Below, in pieces: positions 12,446 through 25,089 of a DNA stretch of 64,000 nt; position 1 is the stretch's first letter, and every line of letters begins with the position of its first letter. The notes beneath the pieces are model-generated. The model worked only from the letters and a program-made list of their open reading frames with translations, was not told the origin of the DNA and searched no databases. The position numbers and the translations under genes are program-made. Source of the stretch: Takakia lepidozioides (lineage: Eukaryota > Plantae > Bryophyta); NCBI GenBank assembly GCA_030704615.1, contig JAKLZA010000009.1, forward strand, positions 1-64,000, written 5' to 3'.

Positions 12446-15400
12446 ATGAGTGATGAAAGAGAAGCTAGACGACAAAGATATTCATCAAAAAGAGAAAGCT
12501 ATCTGAAAGCTAATTATCCATATCTTTGGGAGAGAGGAATAGACATAGGGGAATCATCTGGACCTCTCACACCATCAAGATCAAAAAGTGCATCACCTAT
12601 ACCGGAAGAACTAGAGTTGGATGCCACTCCTTCTGTTTCTTTGCAAGAAAGATTAAGGGAATTGGTACAGGAAGAAGATCAATCACGAGGTGAAAGATCT
12701 GAGGTACATCCTTGGATAAAAGACTTGACAGAAATTTGATAAGAGTTGGCATGGAACACCAAAAGCAGGAACTCCAGTTTCTGAAGCAGAAGATGAAGAA
12801 GGAGATGAGGATGTGGCAGAGCCAACGGAGAGTTCAGACTCTCCAACACCATTACAGTTGAGTTACATGAGTGAAGAAGAAACCCAAGGGCAGAACTTGG
12901 AGGATGAAAACAGAGAGAAGAAATTGGAAGAGGAAGAATATGAAGAAGTAGACCCAACAGCTGAGGTTGAGACTACAACCAGGACATCCCAACCCGTTGG
13001 ACCTGGATCAAGTGGAGCACTTAGATCACAGGCCAACGAAGGTGTCGGCTCAGGGGGATCAGGCGGGCTGCCTGGATCTGGCTCTGGGGGGACAGGGAGT
13101 GTGGGAAGTAGTGCAACTGAAGCTGGGAATACTGTGAATATCGTGGGGCCAGAAGCAGGGAGTGCTCAAGGGCCACCACTTGGTGGAAGATCCACCACAA
13201 AAACAACAGGTCCAGAAGGACCAGCACCAGCAAGGGTGCCAGCACCTGTCAGTGGGCAGAAGGTAGGGCCACAGATGGCGTTACAACCAACACGGGCAAA
13301 ACCACCCTTTCCAATATATTCAGGAAAAGGGGATCCCGATGTACACATTAGCCAATTTGAGCACATGTGTATAGTGAACAATGAGAATGGCGATGATGCC
13401 AAGATGAGACTGTTTCCTTGTTCACTTATCAAGAAAGCAAGTGAATGGTATGCAAGATTCCCTGATAATCATTTCCTAACCTGGAATGGCTTGAATACAG
13501 CATTTCGAAATAGGTTCAGGACAAGTAAAACTGAGGATGAAGTGTATGGAAGTTTACAACAGCTGAAGCAGAAGAAGCATGAAACTGTTGAAGAGTATAT
13601 GGAGAGATGGAATTGATGATGAAAAAGCTGGCTGCAGTACCAGCACCCGGTTTACAGAAGACTTGGTTTGTGAGTGGACTAAGACCAGAGTTGCAGAAGA
13701 AAGTGGATATGTTACCCCATAATACAGTGGAGGAGGCATTTGAAACTGCAAACAGAATTGAGCAATTGGGAATGCTCAGGAGAGAGAAAAAGGAAGATGA
13801 GGACTCTGAAGATGAGTCAGATGAAGAAGAAGAGCAAGAACTAAAAAGAAAGAGTAAGAGAAAGGAAAAGTTGAAGAGGGATAACTATGAGAAAAGATTG
13901 GAAGAAATCTTGAAGAAGTATGCCACAGAGGCTGCAACACATTGGAGGAAGGGTGTATGGTGTGCAAAGTGCCAGAATGAAGGCCATACCACTGCAGAAT
14001 GCCACATGAAGGAGAAACACTGTACTATCTGTAAAATGGATAACCATTCTACTGAGAATTGTTACTACAACAGAAGGACAGCTGCAAGAGAACCTAGGCA
14101 AGTGAGGGTGCATCAGGTGCAGCCCCAGCCAAGAAGAAGCAATGATCAGGACCACTATGGTAGGTCTGGTGGTTATAACAATGGCATGGAAGGGAGAGGT
14201 AATTCAAGAGGGAATTACCAAGGAAATTCCAGAGGCAACTATCAGGGTAATCCAAGGGGGAATTACCAGCCCGGGAATCAGGATTATAGAAATAATCCAA
14301 GACCAGACCAAGGGCGAGGACCCAATGGTGAAGAGCTATGTTACTATTGTAATCAGCCAGGACATCGCAAGGCAGCCTGTTCATTCTGGATAAGACACCA
14401 GAATGAGATGAGAGCTCCTGTGAATGAGGGCCCTAGTGGTGGCAGCTCACATGGTTAGGCCAGGTGTTGTACCAGAAGTAAGTACAATGATAGTAACAAG
14501 AAGTAAAGCCAAACTAATACCTCCAGTAGAAGAGGAAGAAGATGAGACTGGAAGTGGCAATGATATGCCTGAAGATGAAGAGACTTGGAAGGATGAGAAG
14601 GAACTGCACAAGGAAGTGGCAGATACTATAAGGGAAATGCAAAAGAGTACTGATATTCCTGTGGCAGATTCCTCTGATTCGGATGGAGAAAAAGAGGGGA
14701 GTGAGGAAGAAAGGAAAAAAGAGGATGCAGACATGCAAAGTAATGAAGAGACTTTGGCTGCAGTAATATGTCAGACCAAAGCAGAAATTACCATTGGACA
14801 GCTATTAGCTGTGGCACCTTATTGTAGGCACAGGTTGTATCAAGCAATCAATCGAATTGCCCAAGAGACAGGAAACACAGACCTGAACAGCAAGGTGACC
14901 AGTTATAATGTGAAGCCGGAAGGGCGAGAACCAGTCATGGACTTTGATGATTCTATGCCAGTAATCCAATTGAGAATTGGAAGCACAGAACTAACTGATG
15001 TACTGATAGATGGTGGTTCTGGAGTAAATATCATGACAGACCAATTAAGGAAGAAGCTTGGTCTAAGTAACATGAAACCAGCCCCATTTACAGTAACAAT
15101 GGCAGATCAAAGAAGTGTGCAGCCATTGGGATTAATAAGAGGAGTTAAGATACAGATACAGAAAATGATCTTTATGATCACAGTAACTGTATTAAAAATG
15201 GATGAAGTCATGGAGGCTTACTCCTTATTATTGGGACGTCCGTGGCTGAAACAGGCCAGGGTATTCCATGACTGGAATTCTCAGTTACTAACTGTGCATA
15301 ATGGGATGCACGAGATACAAATTACCACAAAGAAATCTAGTAGATTACCTGCTACAAGAAGACCTCGAGGAGTCAGAGAGTATGACTGGAGGGGAGGACT

Positions 15401-18400
15401 GGATGAGGAGCAGGAAGCTACCCTATTTGCTGCACACCCAGAATGGGAGCAGGTTGCGGAGATGCGGCTGGAAAGCCTAAGTTGTTTAAGAGGTATCTGC
15501 TGTGGTGTAGTGTCGGCAACACCAATTGAAGAGGAAACCAACTGTTACCCACCACATTTCTATGAAGAAAAGGAGGGAGAGATAGAAATCCTAGAAGAAC
15601 CAGCCACTGTGAGCTTAAAGGATGAAGTGGTGACTGGTTGGACAATCACAGCTGATGAGCAGGTGAGAGAAGTAAATGTGGGAACTCAGGAGGAACCGAG
15701 AATGGTGAAAGTAGGAGCTGATTTGGAGCCGGAGTTCTTCGAAGAAGCTAAAAGCTTGTTCATCAAATACAGAGATGTATTTGCTTGGAGCTATGAGGAT
15801 CTAAAAGGGATACCACCTGAAGTCTGTCAGCATAAGATTGAACTGGAACCAGGGTCAGTACCAATCAAACAGGCGAGGTATAGAATGAATCCCAACTACG
15901 CACAAAGGTTGGAGAAGAGATAAAGAAGTTGGCTGAGGCTAAGTTTATATACCCAATAGAGTATACAACTTGGTTGTCACCCATTGTTATAGTTCCAAAG
16001 AAGAATGGCAAGCTAAGAGTATGTGTGAACTATAAGAAGCTGAATGCTTGTACGAAGAAAGATCCTTTCCCTTTGCCATTCACAGAAGCAGTATTAGACA
16101 CTGTGGCAGGCCATGAGATGTACTCATTCATGGATGGCTTCAGTGGTTATAATCAAGTGCAAGTGGCAGAAGAAGACCAAGGGAAAACAGCTTTCATCAC
16201 AGACTGGGGGGCTTATGCATACAAAGTCATGCCCTTTGGACTTTGTAATGCACCAGCGACCTTTCAGAGAGTGATAAGTGAATCTTTTCAAGAGTATCTG
16301 GATGATTTCATGCAGGTGTTTCTGGATGATTTCAGTGTGTACAGCTCTAAGAATGAGCACTTGCATAAATTGGAGTTATGCCTGGCCAGATGCAGGATGA
16401 GAGGTCTGGGCTTGAACCCAGAGAAGTGTACTTTCTGTGTGAACTCAGGGGTGCTTCTGGGACACATTGTGTGTAAGAAGGGACTCCTTGTGGATCCCAG
16501 GAAGACAGAGTCCATTAAAGCCTCTCCAACACCAGTGAATGTTAAGAGTTTAAGGAGATTCCTTGGGCAAACCAGTTATTACAGAAGATTTGTCAAAAGG
16601 TATGCACAAATAGCAGCACCATTGAGCAAGCTTCTGAAGAAAGATGCAGTGTTTGCATGGACAGCTGAATGTCAACAGGCGTTTGAGGAACTTACACTGT
16701 CAGTAACAACTACACCTGTGCTGATTAACCCTCACTGGCATGTAGTAATTCATGTTCACTGCGATGCATCAGGAGAAGCGTTGGGAGCGGTGTTAGCCCA
16801 GAATGTTACAGGGAATATAGATTCACCTGTGTACTATGCTAGCCGGTTGATGAACAGTGCTGAGAGGAACTATAGCACAACGGAAAGAGAAGCATTGGCA
16901 ATGATCTATGCAGTGAAGAAATTCAGGCATTACCTATTGGGAAGAAAGTTTATGTTTTATGTGGATCACCAGGCTCTGATATATCTGGTGAACAAACCTT
17001 GATAAGTGGAAGGATAGCGAGGTGGTTAATAATCTTGCATGAGTTTGAGTTCGAGGTTATTTACAAGCCTGGCCGTTTGCATCTTGTGGCAGATCATTTG
17101 TCACGACTAACAACAGAGAGGCCGCCACAGGAGTGGACGATCAGTTACCTGATGCGAGTTTATTTGTAATGGAGGTGCAAGGAAGTGCAGATGAATGGTT
17201 AGATTGGCAGTGGCCAATCAGATACTACCTTGCTCATGGTCAGTGCCCACCTAGTTATGGTAAGGAGCAGAGGAAGAGAATCGCTATCAAAGCTTTACCT
17301 TATACTATGGTAGGAAGCAGAATGTATAAGTTAGGACCAGATGGGGTACTAAAACGATGCTTGTACCACCATGAAGTAAATAAAGTCTTGGAGGAAGTTC
17401 ATAAAGGAGTGGCTGGAGGTCATTTTGGAGAAGAGACTACCAGTAGAAAGATACTACTCGCAGGATACTGGTGGCCTACTTTGTTCAAAGATGTACATGA
17501 GTATTGTCAGAAGTGTGATGAATGTCAGAGGCTAGGACCTTTGCAGAGATCTGGAAGAATGGCCTTGCATCCTACAATGCCTACGGAACCATTTCAGAAA
17601 TGGGGACTAGACTTTGTTGGACCAATTAATCCACCATCCAAGAATACACAAAACAGGTACATAATTACAGCCACTGATTATACTACAAAGTGGGTGGAAG
17701 CTAAAGCTTTGAGGGACAACACAGCCAAGTCCACAGCAAGGTTCCTGTACGAGAACATACTTACACGATTTGGATGTCCCTTAGAATTTATCAGTGATCA
17801 AGGAAGTCACTTCATGAATGAGACCATTGAGTTATTGACTAAAGAGTTTATGATTGTGCATAGAAAGAGTACAACATATTACCCACAGGGTAATGGACAG
17901 GCAGAGGCTACCAACAAAATACTATGTACTATCTTGGCTAAGATAGTCAATGCAAACAGAACGGATTGGGATACAAAGCTGCTGACAGCTTTATGGTCAT
18001 ACATGACTTCGTATAAAGTCACCACAAAGTATACACCATTCCAATTAGTTTATGGTATGGAAGCCTTACTTCCAGTGGAATTCCTGTTACCTACCATGAG
18101 AACGAGAGTGGGAAGAAAAAGAATTGCAAGACTCCATCAAGTCAGGAAACATGAATTATACCATGTGGAAAATACGTGCTGATGCAGCTGATAATATGAC
18201 CAGAATTCAGATGAAGAGAAAGGAACAGTTTGATGAAGGCAAGTTAAAGACTTTTAAGACGGGGGATTTGGTTCTATGGTTGCAAAAGAAAGGAAAGATT
18301 CAAGCTTCTAAGCTTAAATCACCATGGAAAGGACCTTATGTCATACAAAAGATGTATGATAACAACACAGCCATGTTACAAACCATTAACAAAGAAATGC

Positions 18401-19374
18401 TGGGAAGAGTCAATGCAAATAAGTTGAAGGGGTACAGTGGCATCCATGACAAACCCCTGCAGCATGATTTGCATGTTGAACAGCAAGAGCAGTCACGGGC
18501 TGCACCACTGTTACGAACGGAGTATGGAACACTTGTCGCTAGGCCCAGTATATATGACCGAGGTGGGCAAAACCAACGTGACACAGCCTATCACAGCCCA
18601 GCAAGGCGCAACACAGCCTATCACAGCCCATCACGGCGTGACACAGCCTATCACAGCCCATCACGGCGTGACACAGCCTATCACAGCCCAGCAAGGCGCA
18701 ACACAGCCTATCACAGCCCATCACGGCGTGACACAGCCTATCACAGCCCATCACGGCGTGACACAGCCTATCACAGCCCATCACGGCGTGACACAGCCTA
18801 TCACAGCCCATCACGGCGTGACACAGCCTATCACAGCCAAGCACGGCGTGACACAGCCTATCACAGCCGTCACGACGTGACACTGCTATCACAACTACCG
18901 CAGCGTGTCACAGCCTATCACAGCTTACCACAGTGCAACACAGCCTATCACAGCGTAACACAGTATGACACAGCCTGTCACAGCTCAACACAGCCTACTA
19001 AAGTTACACGATCCATAGAATCAGTGACAAGTGGACACATAAAAACTTCAGGAAAATGGCTGAAGGAAGAAGAAACGGAAATTAATTTAAAAATAGACAC
19101 GTGGAGGTCAGGGTGCGACACACAGCAGAGAATGAAGTGCAAGGACAGGTGTCAAAAAGAAAGAGGACAAGAACGGCCGTCAAAAGGGATGAAAGGCGGG
19201 CCCATTAATGAATACGGAAAAAGGGAAACGGAACGAACGGCAAGTACAGAAAAGCCGAATTCATGTCGCATGTGTGATCCTAGTGGACTATCCAACAGGG
19301 AAAGTCCACTAAAGAAGATAAAAGTTAAAATCCAGTCACAGCAGATACAGCCAATAGAAAACCAGAGAAAATGA
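12446..19374 (+). pseudogene. gag-pol polyprotein (Gag with three CCHC knuckles, protease, RT, RNase H, integrase), frameshifted
   Basis: Knuckles CAKCQNEGHTTAEC, CTICKMDNHSTENC, CYYCNQPGHRKAAC; protease LIDGGSG; RT MPFGLCNAPATFQ and FLDD; RNase H HCDAS...YSTTEREALA; integrase HHCC and WGLDFVGP...SDQG...QAE. Breaks near 12735, 13605, 14433, 15900, 17000 and 18120. Confidence 0.93.
18577..18995. repeat. 30-bp tandem repeat (CACGGCGTGACACAGCCTATCACAGCCCAT, ~13 units) after integrase
   Basis: Visible 30-nt periodicity; translates to repeated RRDTAYHSPS in the pol frame. Confidence 0.95.
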
Positions 19375-19685
19375 TCAAGAAAATGGAGGGAAATTGAGCG
19401 CAAGAGGCGGCGTCGTTCTGAGTAACGGGCGTCTCGACAGGACAGGCCATAAATGCTATAACTTGGAAACTATGGAGGAACTAACAGACTATACGCTCGC
19501 AATATTACTTACGCAGTGGCATAGACACGAAACGACAGAGCAGAGCTTTTCTCTTGCAATGCTTGCAAGCCCCGCAGGCTTACAAGAGATTACCCATAGC
19601 TTTCTGCGGCAACCATACGTTTATGCTTTGTGCACTACAGGCATTCCTGCAGTTGTTACAGCCAAAGCAGTTCTGTGAGTCTAAG

Positions 19686-22600
19686 ATGAAGAGAGTGAGA
19701 GGAATGGAGGAAATCAGGGTGAAGAGCACCACAATTCTGCAGAAACAAACGATGGCTACCCCACAGGCGATAAAGATACTGAAGGAGCTGAGATTGGAAG
19801 GATTGCAAAGCATGGATTGGACACTACACCATAGACAGTACATGTTACAATTTTTGCAGAACTTTGAGCCAAAGACAGGAACAACAACGGTGAAGGGAGT
19901 TGAATTAATGATTACTCCCCTATACCTCCAGCAATTGTTTCGATTGCCAGCAGGTCATGTGTATGTGGAGGAACACAGGGAAAGACTGCAAATAGGGGAT
20001 TTATTCCAAGAAGGAGTTTCTTTAAAACTCAGGGTTATGCTTGTACCAAAGCTGTGTACCCAGGGTTAAAAGACATAGGCCAAGTATTGAACGTTCTGAT
20101 TGCCCTGAAACAGAACCAACAATATTTGAGCAGATCCTTCACAGAGGAAATCCTCAAAGGCTTGAAGGGACAAGAGGTACCATGGGCGGACATAATGTAC
20201 AACGCACTGGTAGAGGAGATGAAAAGATTACAAGGTACTACCGCAAAATCTCCTATCATAGTGTCTGGCCCAATCATTGCTCAAATAATCCTTGATTCTC
20301 GCATACTTAATGCACAAGAAAGGAAGGAAATGGGAGTGTTTGAGCCAGAAACAACTGCAATGGAAGAGCAAGGCTCTTCACACAGTGAGGGTGGACTAGC
20401 AGCACAACCCGAGACTAAGAGGCAGAGAAGGGGAAAGACTGTAGTGGCGGATCCACTGGCTTCACGGATTCCGCATGATAATGTTTCCCAAGCTCATGAC
20501 CAGGAAGGGGCACAGCAGCACAAAAGAATGTTATTACTGGAAGCAGGACCTTCAGAGAGGGAGGAAGAAGTTACTTCTGCATCACAACCAACACAGCCAC
20601 TTGAACGACTTGTCACAAGGTCACAGTTATCCATGCAGCTCAACCCGAAATAATTGATTTGGAAAGTGAAGGGATAGATATTCCAACTACAGAACAGATA
20701 GTGGCAGAAATAGAGAAAGGGGACCTTCTCTATGAATATTCTGGTCTGGTCAAGGAGACAGAAATCCCAGAGGTGCAACAGTTGCCCAAGCGAAATCCTG
20801 AGGTACATATAATGCACACACCTGTGTCGGAGGTACCACAGGCGGAAGGCCATGACACTGTAGCACCGGTCATAAATGAAGTAGTTCAGGAAGAAAATCC
20901 GGTGGGACAATGGTCTGAATGGTTAGTGAGACATCATACTGTTGAAGATCAGGAGGAACAGCAGCAACCTCACCATGATGACCCTCAACAGGCAATGCTG
21001 ATGAGTTCCATAGGCAGGACACTTAATTTGTTGGGGACTTATGTCAAAACCCATGTTCCAATTACCCAATTGACAGCCTTGAAAGAAGAACTCAGGAAGG
21101 AGTTTGAGGCTCGACTTGCCACTGAGTGTGCAAACAAGGTCGATGAAGAGGTCACTCTCAAGATGAAGCAGGACTTGGCCAATACAGAAATGGCTTTGCA
21201 ATTGGCCAAGCAACAATTGATTGAGGCAGGCCTCGCGCAAGACCAGTTGCACGAAGCACATAAGCAACAGCTATACCAAATGCAGGTGCAGCATGAAAGC
21301 AAGTTGGAAGAACTGAATGCACTACATACGGAGTTGCAGACAGTGCATAACAGGATGGCGATACAATGCGCTACATTTACAACTATGCTTGACCAATCAC
21401 AAAAGAAATAACAGTCAAGCGGAAAAATGTACGAAGGCAGAAGAAGAGAATGTGGAGCACATGAAGCTCATTGTCGATATGAAGAATACAATCTGTCGCA
21501 ATGAAGATACTTTCAAGCAATACAGGCAGATGGAAGCTGAGCAAGAGAAATACACATCGTGAGTTGCAACAAACCATCGTGGCCAATAGAAATGAAATCA
21601 CGGTCAGTAACAAGGCTTCGAAGGAAGCCAATAATCTACTTGCTGCCTATGCGCAATTGGTTGAGCTACAGGCGAAGCGCATGAAGGCTTTACAACAGCA
21701 GTTGGAATTGTATAAGCTAAGAGAGGAGCAAACTCTCAGGGGAACCACAAGCAGCTTGGTGGATAACAGCCTTATGCAGGTCTGGTTAGCACAAGGGCCA
21801 GTAGAAGGCAAAGCCCCACGGAAGCTCACCCAAAGCGAGATGAATGAGCTTAGACTGCAGGTGCAGAACATTGCCACACAACTACTATAGACAATGTCTA
21901 TAGTAGGATAGCAGAGTTACAAGAGGATGTAGACGGACTCCAGACTCAAGTGGAAGACCTCACTTCAAACATCGACCAAAAGTCTATATCCCTCAGGAAC
22001 AGCTAATGGCTTCTTATTTGCAAGCCAGAACTCTGGCTTTTCAGTCTTCACAGGAGGTGCAGGAGATGCCAATGGTACAGGAACCAGTACCACCACCACC
22101 ACAACAGGTCAGTGTACCAGTAGCTGAACCTGTGGTTACTACAACACAACCACACCACACCACCCACAGCCGGAGGTATGGGGCAATGCAGCTTTTAACC
22201 CACCTAAAACTCCAGCTGCCAGGAAGTACAGTAGGGCTATGATTATGCCCTTCAACCAAATTCCCATCATGTTGGATTTGGTGGAAAGAATTTAGTCCTC
22301 CAGTCATTCGCACATTACTACCAAATCATGCGTATTTGGCTGCCAGTGGCAACCAGGACAACCAGTACTTCTTCCAAACAATCGACATATTGAAGATCAT
22401 CACTTTGCACAATACTGGCACGAGGCAGGTACCATGTTGAGGAATTGTTGCTTTCCAGGTTGTACATGGACTCATTTATACCAAGACCAAGGAAATAGCA
22501 AGTATTGTCATGGGGTGCGGGCTATACTACGCTGCTTGTTTTCTGATACGTTACCACCAGCATTGAGCAACAAAAGATGCAAGCACGCTTTCAAAGTTAC

Positions 22601-23248
22601 TCCAGTGGAGATCATTGGGTATTACCTCGGGCGTGCACCTCATATGTACCTATATGACCCAAAAGTTATGATACAGAAGGATTCTCAATTCGTTCATGGT
22701 TTCAAGCAGCCTGCAACAATTTGTCAACACAAAATTCGGACTTGATGACATTTTCTATAAGGGACATATCGCATGGAAATACTTGCACGCTGCACCCAGT
22801 AATTGGTACCCCACTCATTTGGACAGACAAGGAGCTCAGTGTCTATACCAATTTTGCTGTTCAACGGCTGTTCAACAGGTTACACCAGGTCGTAAAATGC
22901 AAACTTCCAGACATGGTAGGACAGCATTGTATGCCCCAGATGATTCCACAAAAAGTTCGAAAATTAAAACACCTGAGAGGCGATGAGGATTCTGATACAA
23001 CTGTTTCTTCACAGAATTCTTTTGACATGGGAGAAGACTATGCAATTCAGATGGAAGAGAAGAAACAAAGGGGATCTCCTATGCCGGAAAGATTACCTCG
23101 ATATCAGCCTCCAGAAGGCCTCACTTATCCAGGTAATGATCAACCATCTCCGTCAACCAGAGACAGACCTCGGGCTCGTACACACAGCCCGCCACGAAAC
23201 TCTCAACGTCAACAAGGAGGGTTGCTACTCGGAAACAGTAAACCGTGA
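19686..23248 (+). pseudogene. Large 3' extra ORF of the Gypsy element (plant-mobile-domain/Athila-ORF-like N-terminus, coiled coil, Pro-rich segment), frameshifted
   Basis: Chain of sense ORFs from 19554 to 23248. The N-terminus LQFLQNF...TVKGVELMITPLYLQQLFRLP...VPWADIMYNALVEEM resembles PMD-type transposon proteins; a long Q/E-rich helical region follows. Confidence 0.6.
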
Positions 23249-23262
23249 GGACACGGCTTTTT

Positions 23263-23276
23263 GAGGGAGGAAGGGG
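23263..23276 (+). promoter_or_regulatory. Polypurine tract
   Basis: GAGGGAGGAAGGGG, 4 nt before the 3' LTR. Confidence 0.85.
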
Positions 23277-23280
23277 TAAA

Positions 23281-24354
23281 TGTTAGAGGACTGTAGGGGA
23301 CTTAGACACTTATACGGGATCTGTAGGGTACCCTTAATTTTTGCACAGACTGAGACCAACAGGAGCCTTAGGGGTGACAGCAACGCACTGTAGAGGGGGG
23401 TTACACAGCCCGTCACAGTCGTCACAGCCGACACAGCCAACACAGCCCGTCACAGTCGTCACAGTCGACACAGCCACAGCCCACACACACACAATCACAG
23501 CCCACACAGCCAATCACAGCCCGACACAGCCGACACAGCCAGTCACAGCCTGACACAGCCAAACACAGTCGACACAGCCCCACAGCCCACACAGCCGTCA
23601 CAGCCCACACACCCGTCACAGTCGTCACAGCCCACACAGCCCACACAGCCAGTCACAGCCCGGCACAGCCACACAGCCAGTCACAGCCCGACACAGCCAA
23701 ACACAGCCAGTCACCGCTTGACACAGCTGTCACGATAATAGGGAACGAAGAGTAGGACAGGGAACGACTGTGGGGAACAACACCTGTGAAGGGAACATGT
23801 TATTCACATACGACGGTTAGAGAGGGAAACGGTTAGAACCGCGGATAGGAGGATAAAGGGAGAAACGGGGAATGAAGAGGATGATTATTATTCGGGGGGA
23901 AGGAGGATTTCGGAGTCATACGGGAGCGGAAGTCGGTGAGCACGATGAAGGAGGAAAGAGGATTAATAGATGCTTGTTATATGCAAAGCTGTAGGGATAT
24001 TGTAGAGGAGAATAGAGACACAATGGCTTCGGCCTGATACCTGATAAATCATAATCTGATACTTATACGATACAATCACACTGTGTAGAGAGATCTGAGT
24101 GAAGCTGTGGATTGAATGGAGGAGTGAAGGAAACCGATAAATTGATGAAGCAAACTGATACTTAATTATCAATGGTAAGGTAGCTAAGATGAATGCGGAA
24201 AAGGAAACAAATAGGAAACACCCCCATGATACACTAGCTGTAGGTCATGACTGATTGTTCTGCGCGGGCTGAGTACTTAGAGATTTCCAACTCTTCTATC
24301 TTGGAGTTTCCGCCTCGGATAGCGAAGGGATGGGTGAGTAAAAGCCGCGCGACA
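23281..24354 (+). repeat. 3' LTR (1074 bp)
   Basis: Matches the 5' LTR except for a few substitutions/indels and the length of the CACAGCC tract. Confidence 0.97.
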
Positions 24355-24359
24355 TCCCT

Positions 24360-24668
24360 TCTCCGGGGTATGGACGGATTTACACAGTGCTGTCAATTGG
24401 GTCAGTTCTTCATGGCAAAGAATATCAGGTTACCGTCGGGAATTTCCCTTCGTGCACTTGTCCGGACTTTGTAACGATGCGTGAGGGCGCTCTCGGCATG
24501 AGAGGGAAATGGGTCCCCTGCAAGCATCAATATTACATATACCTTGTGATTATGTGTTGCGACGGTAAGAGAGACCAATTCATCCACCAAGCCACACTAG
24601 GCTATGGAGAAGTGAACACCCTTCTACAGCGGGACACCTCGCGTGGAGCTCCGCCAACTTCTCTTTGA
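24360..24668 (+). pseudogene. Transposase A, 3' part with SWIM zinc finger
   Basis: Joins in frame to ...RITEVP before the TSD. YQVTVGNFPSCTCPDF...WVPCKHQYYIY (CxC...CxH) is homologous to the end of transposase B. Confidence 0.9.
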
Positions 24669-24984
24669 ACACATACGAGCCATGCCCGCTTCCCATGCTG
24701 GTTTGCAGGTTGCCGTGTGAAGACTTTGCATTTCTGACAAACATATGGATTTCGTTTACGGAACCAGGGCAAATGCACATGCAATTCATTGTAAGCGTCT
24801 ATCTGTGAATTGAAATAAACTGTGACAATCATTCTGAGCTCAAATCTGCCATGTTTTCATATTTCTGTTTTTGAGCGGGCATTGCACACATGGTGTGTGT
24901 TGGCCCCCTTTGTTTTGTCCACGGTAATAGGCCCTCTTCCTGCAATCCTCGCCTATAGGACCTTCTTCTCCAGCAGATTGGTGC

Positions 24985-25087
24985 CGCTCACGCTTCCCTG
25001 AAGCGTGAGCTCAGCTCACGCTTTCTAGCTTGGACGTGAGCTCAGCTCCCAGGCTCACGGGGCTGGGCTCACGCCGTAGCTACGCTC
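24985..25087 (-). repeat. Right terminus/TIR of element A with repeated CGTGAGC/GCTCACG motifs
   Basis: Several GCTCACG/CGTGAGC motifs ending GCTCACGCCGTAGCTACGCTC; parallels the CATGAGC motifs in the B and C termini. Confidence 0.65.
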
Positions 25088-25089
25088 GT

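Larger units (their letters stand above)
10789..24354 (+). mobile_element. Complete Ty3/Gypsy non-chromovirus LTR retrotransposon (13.6 kb)
   Basis: TG...CA LTRs at 10789-11836 and 23281-24354; 5-bp TSD TCCCT (10784-10788 and 24355-24359); PBS and PPT; order gag-PR-RT-RH-INT. Confidence 0.97.
1..25087 (+). mobile_element. Element A: Mutator/MULE-like TIR DNA transposon (left end outside window) carrying a ParB-MTase-like gene and a DDE-SWIM transposase; interrupted by a Gypsy element
   Basis: Same gene order as element B (palindrome array, ParB gene, palindrome array, transposase). The right terminus at 25087 reads GAGCGTAGCTACGGCGTGAGC on the minus strand, resembling the B TIR GAGGTTAGCTATTTCATGAGC. 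Confidence 0.75.

Noticed and set aside
14424-14458. Programmed gag-pol ribosomal frameshift
   Set aside because: Copy 2 lacks the extra T and is in frame at this point.
18124-19374. Chromodomain or functional repeat-protein extension on integrase
   Set aside because: No chromodomain motif is recognisable after the WKGPY (GPY/F) region; the extension is mostly read-through of a 30-bp DNA repeat.
19686-23248. Retroviral env gene
   Set aside because: No clear signal peptide or transmembrane segment; it resembles PMD/coiled-coil accessory ORFs instead.
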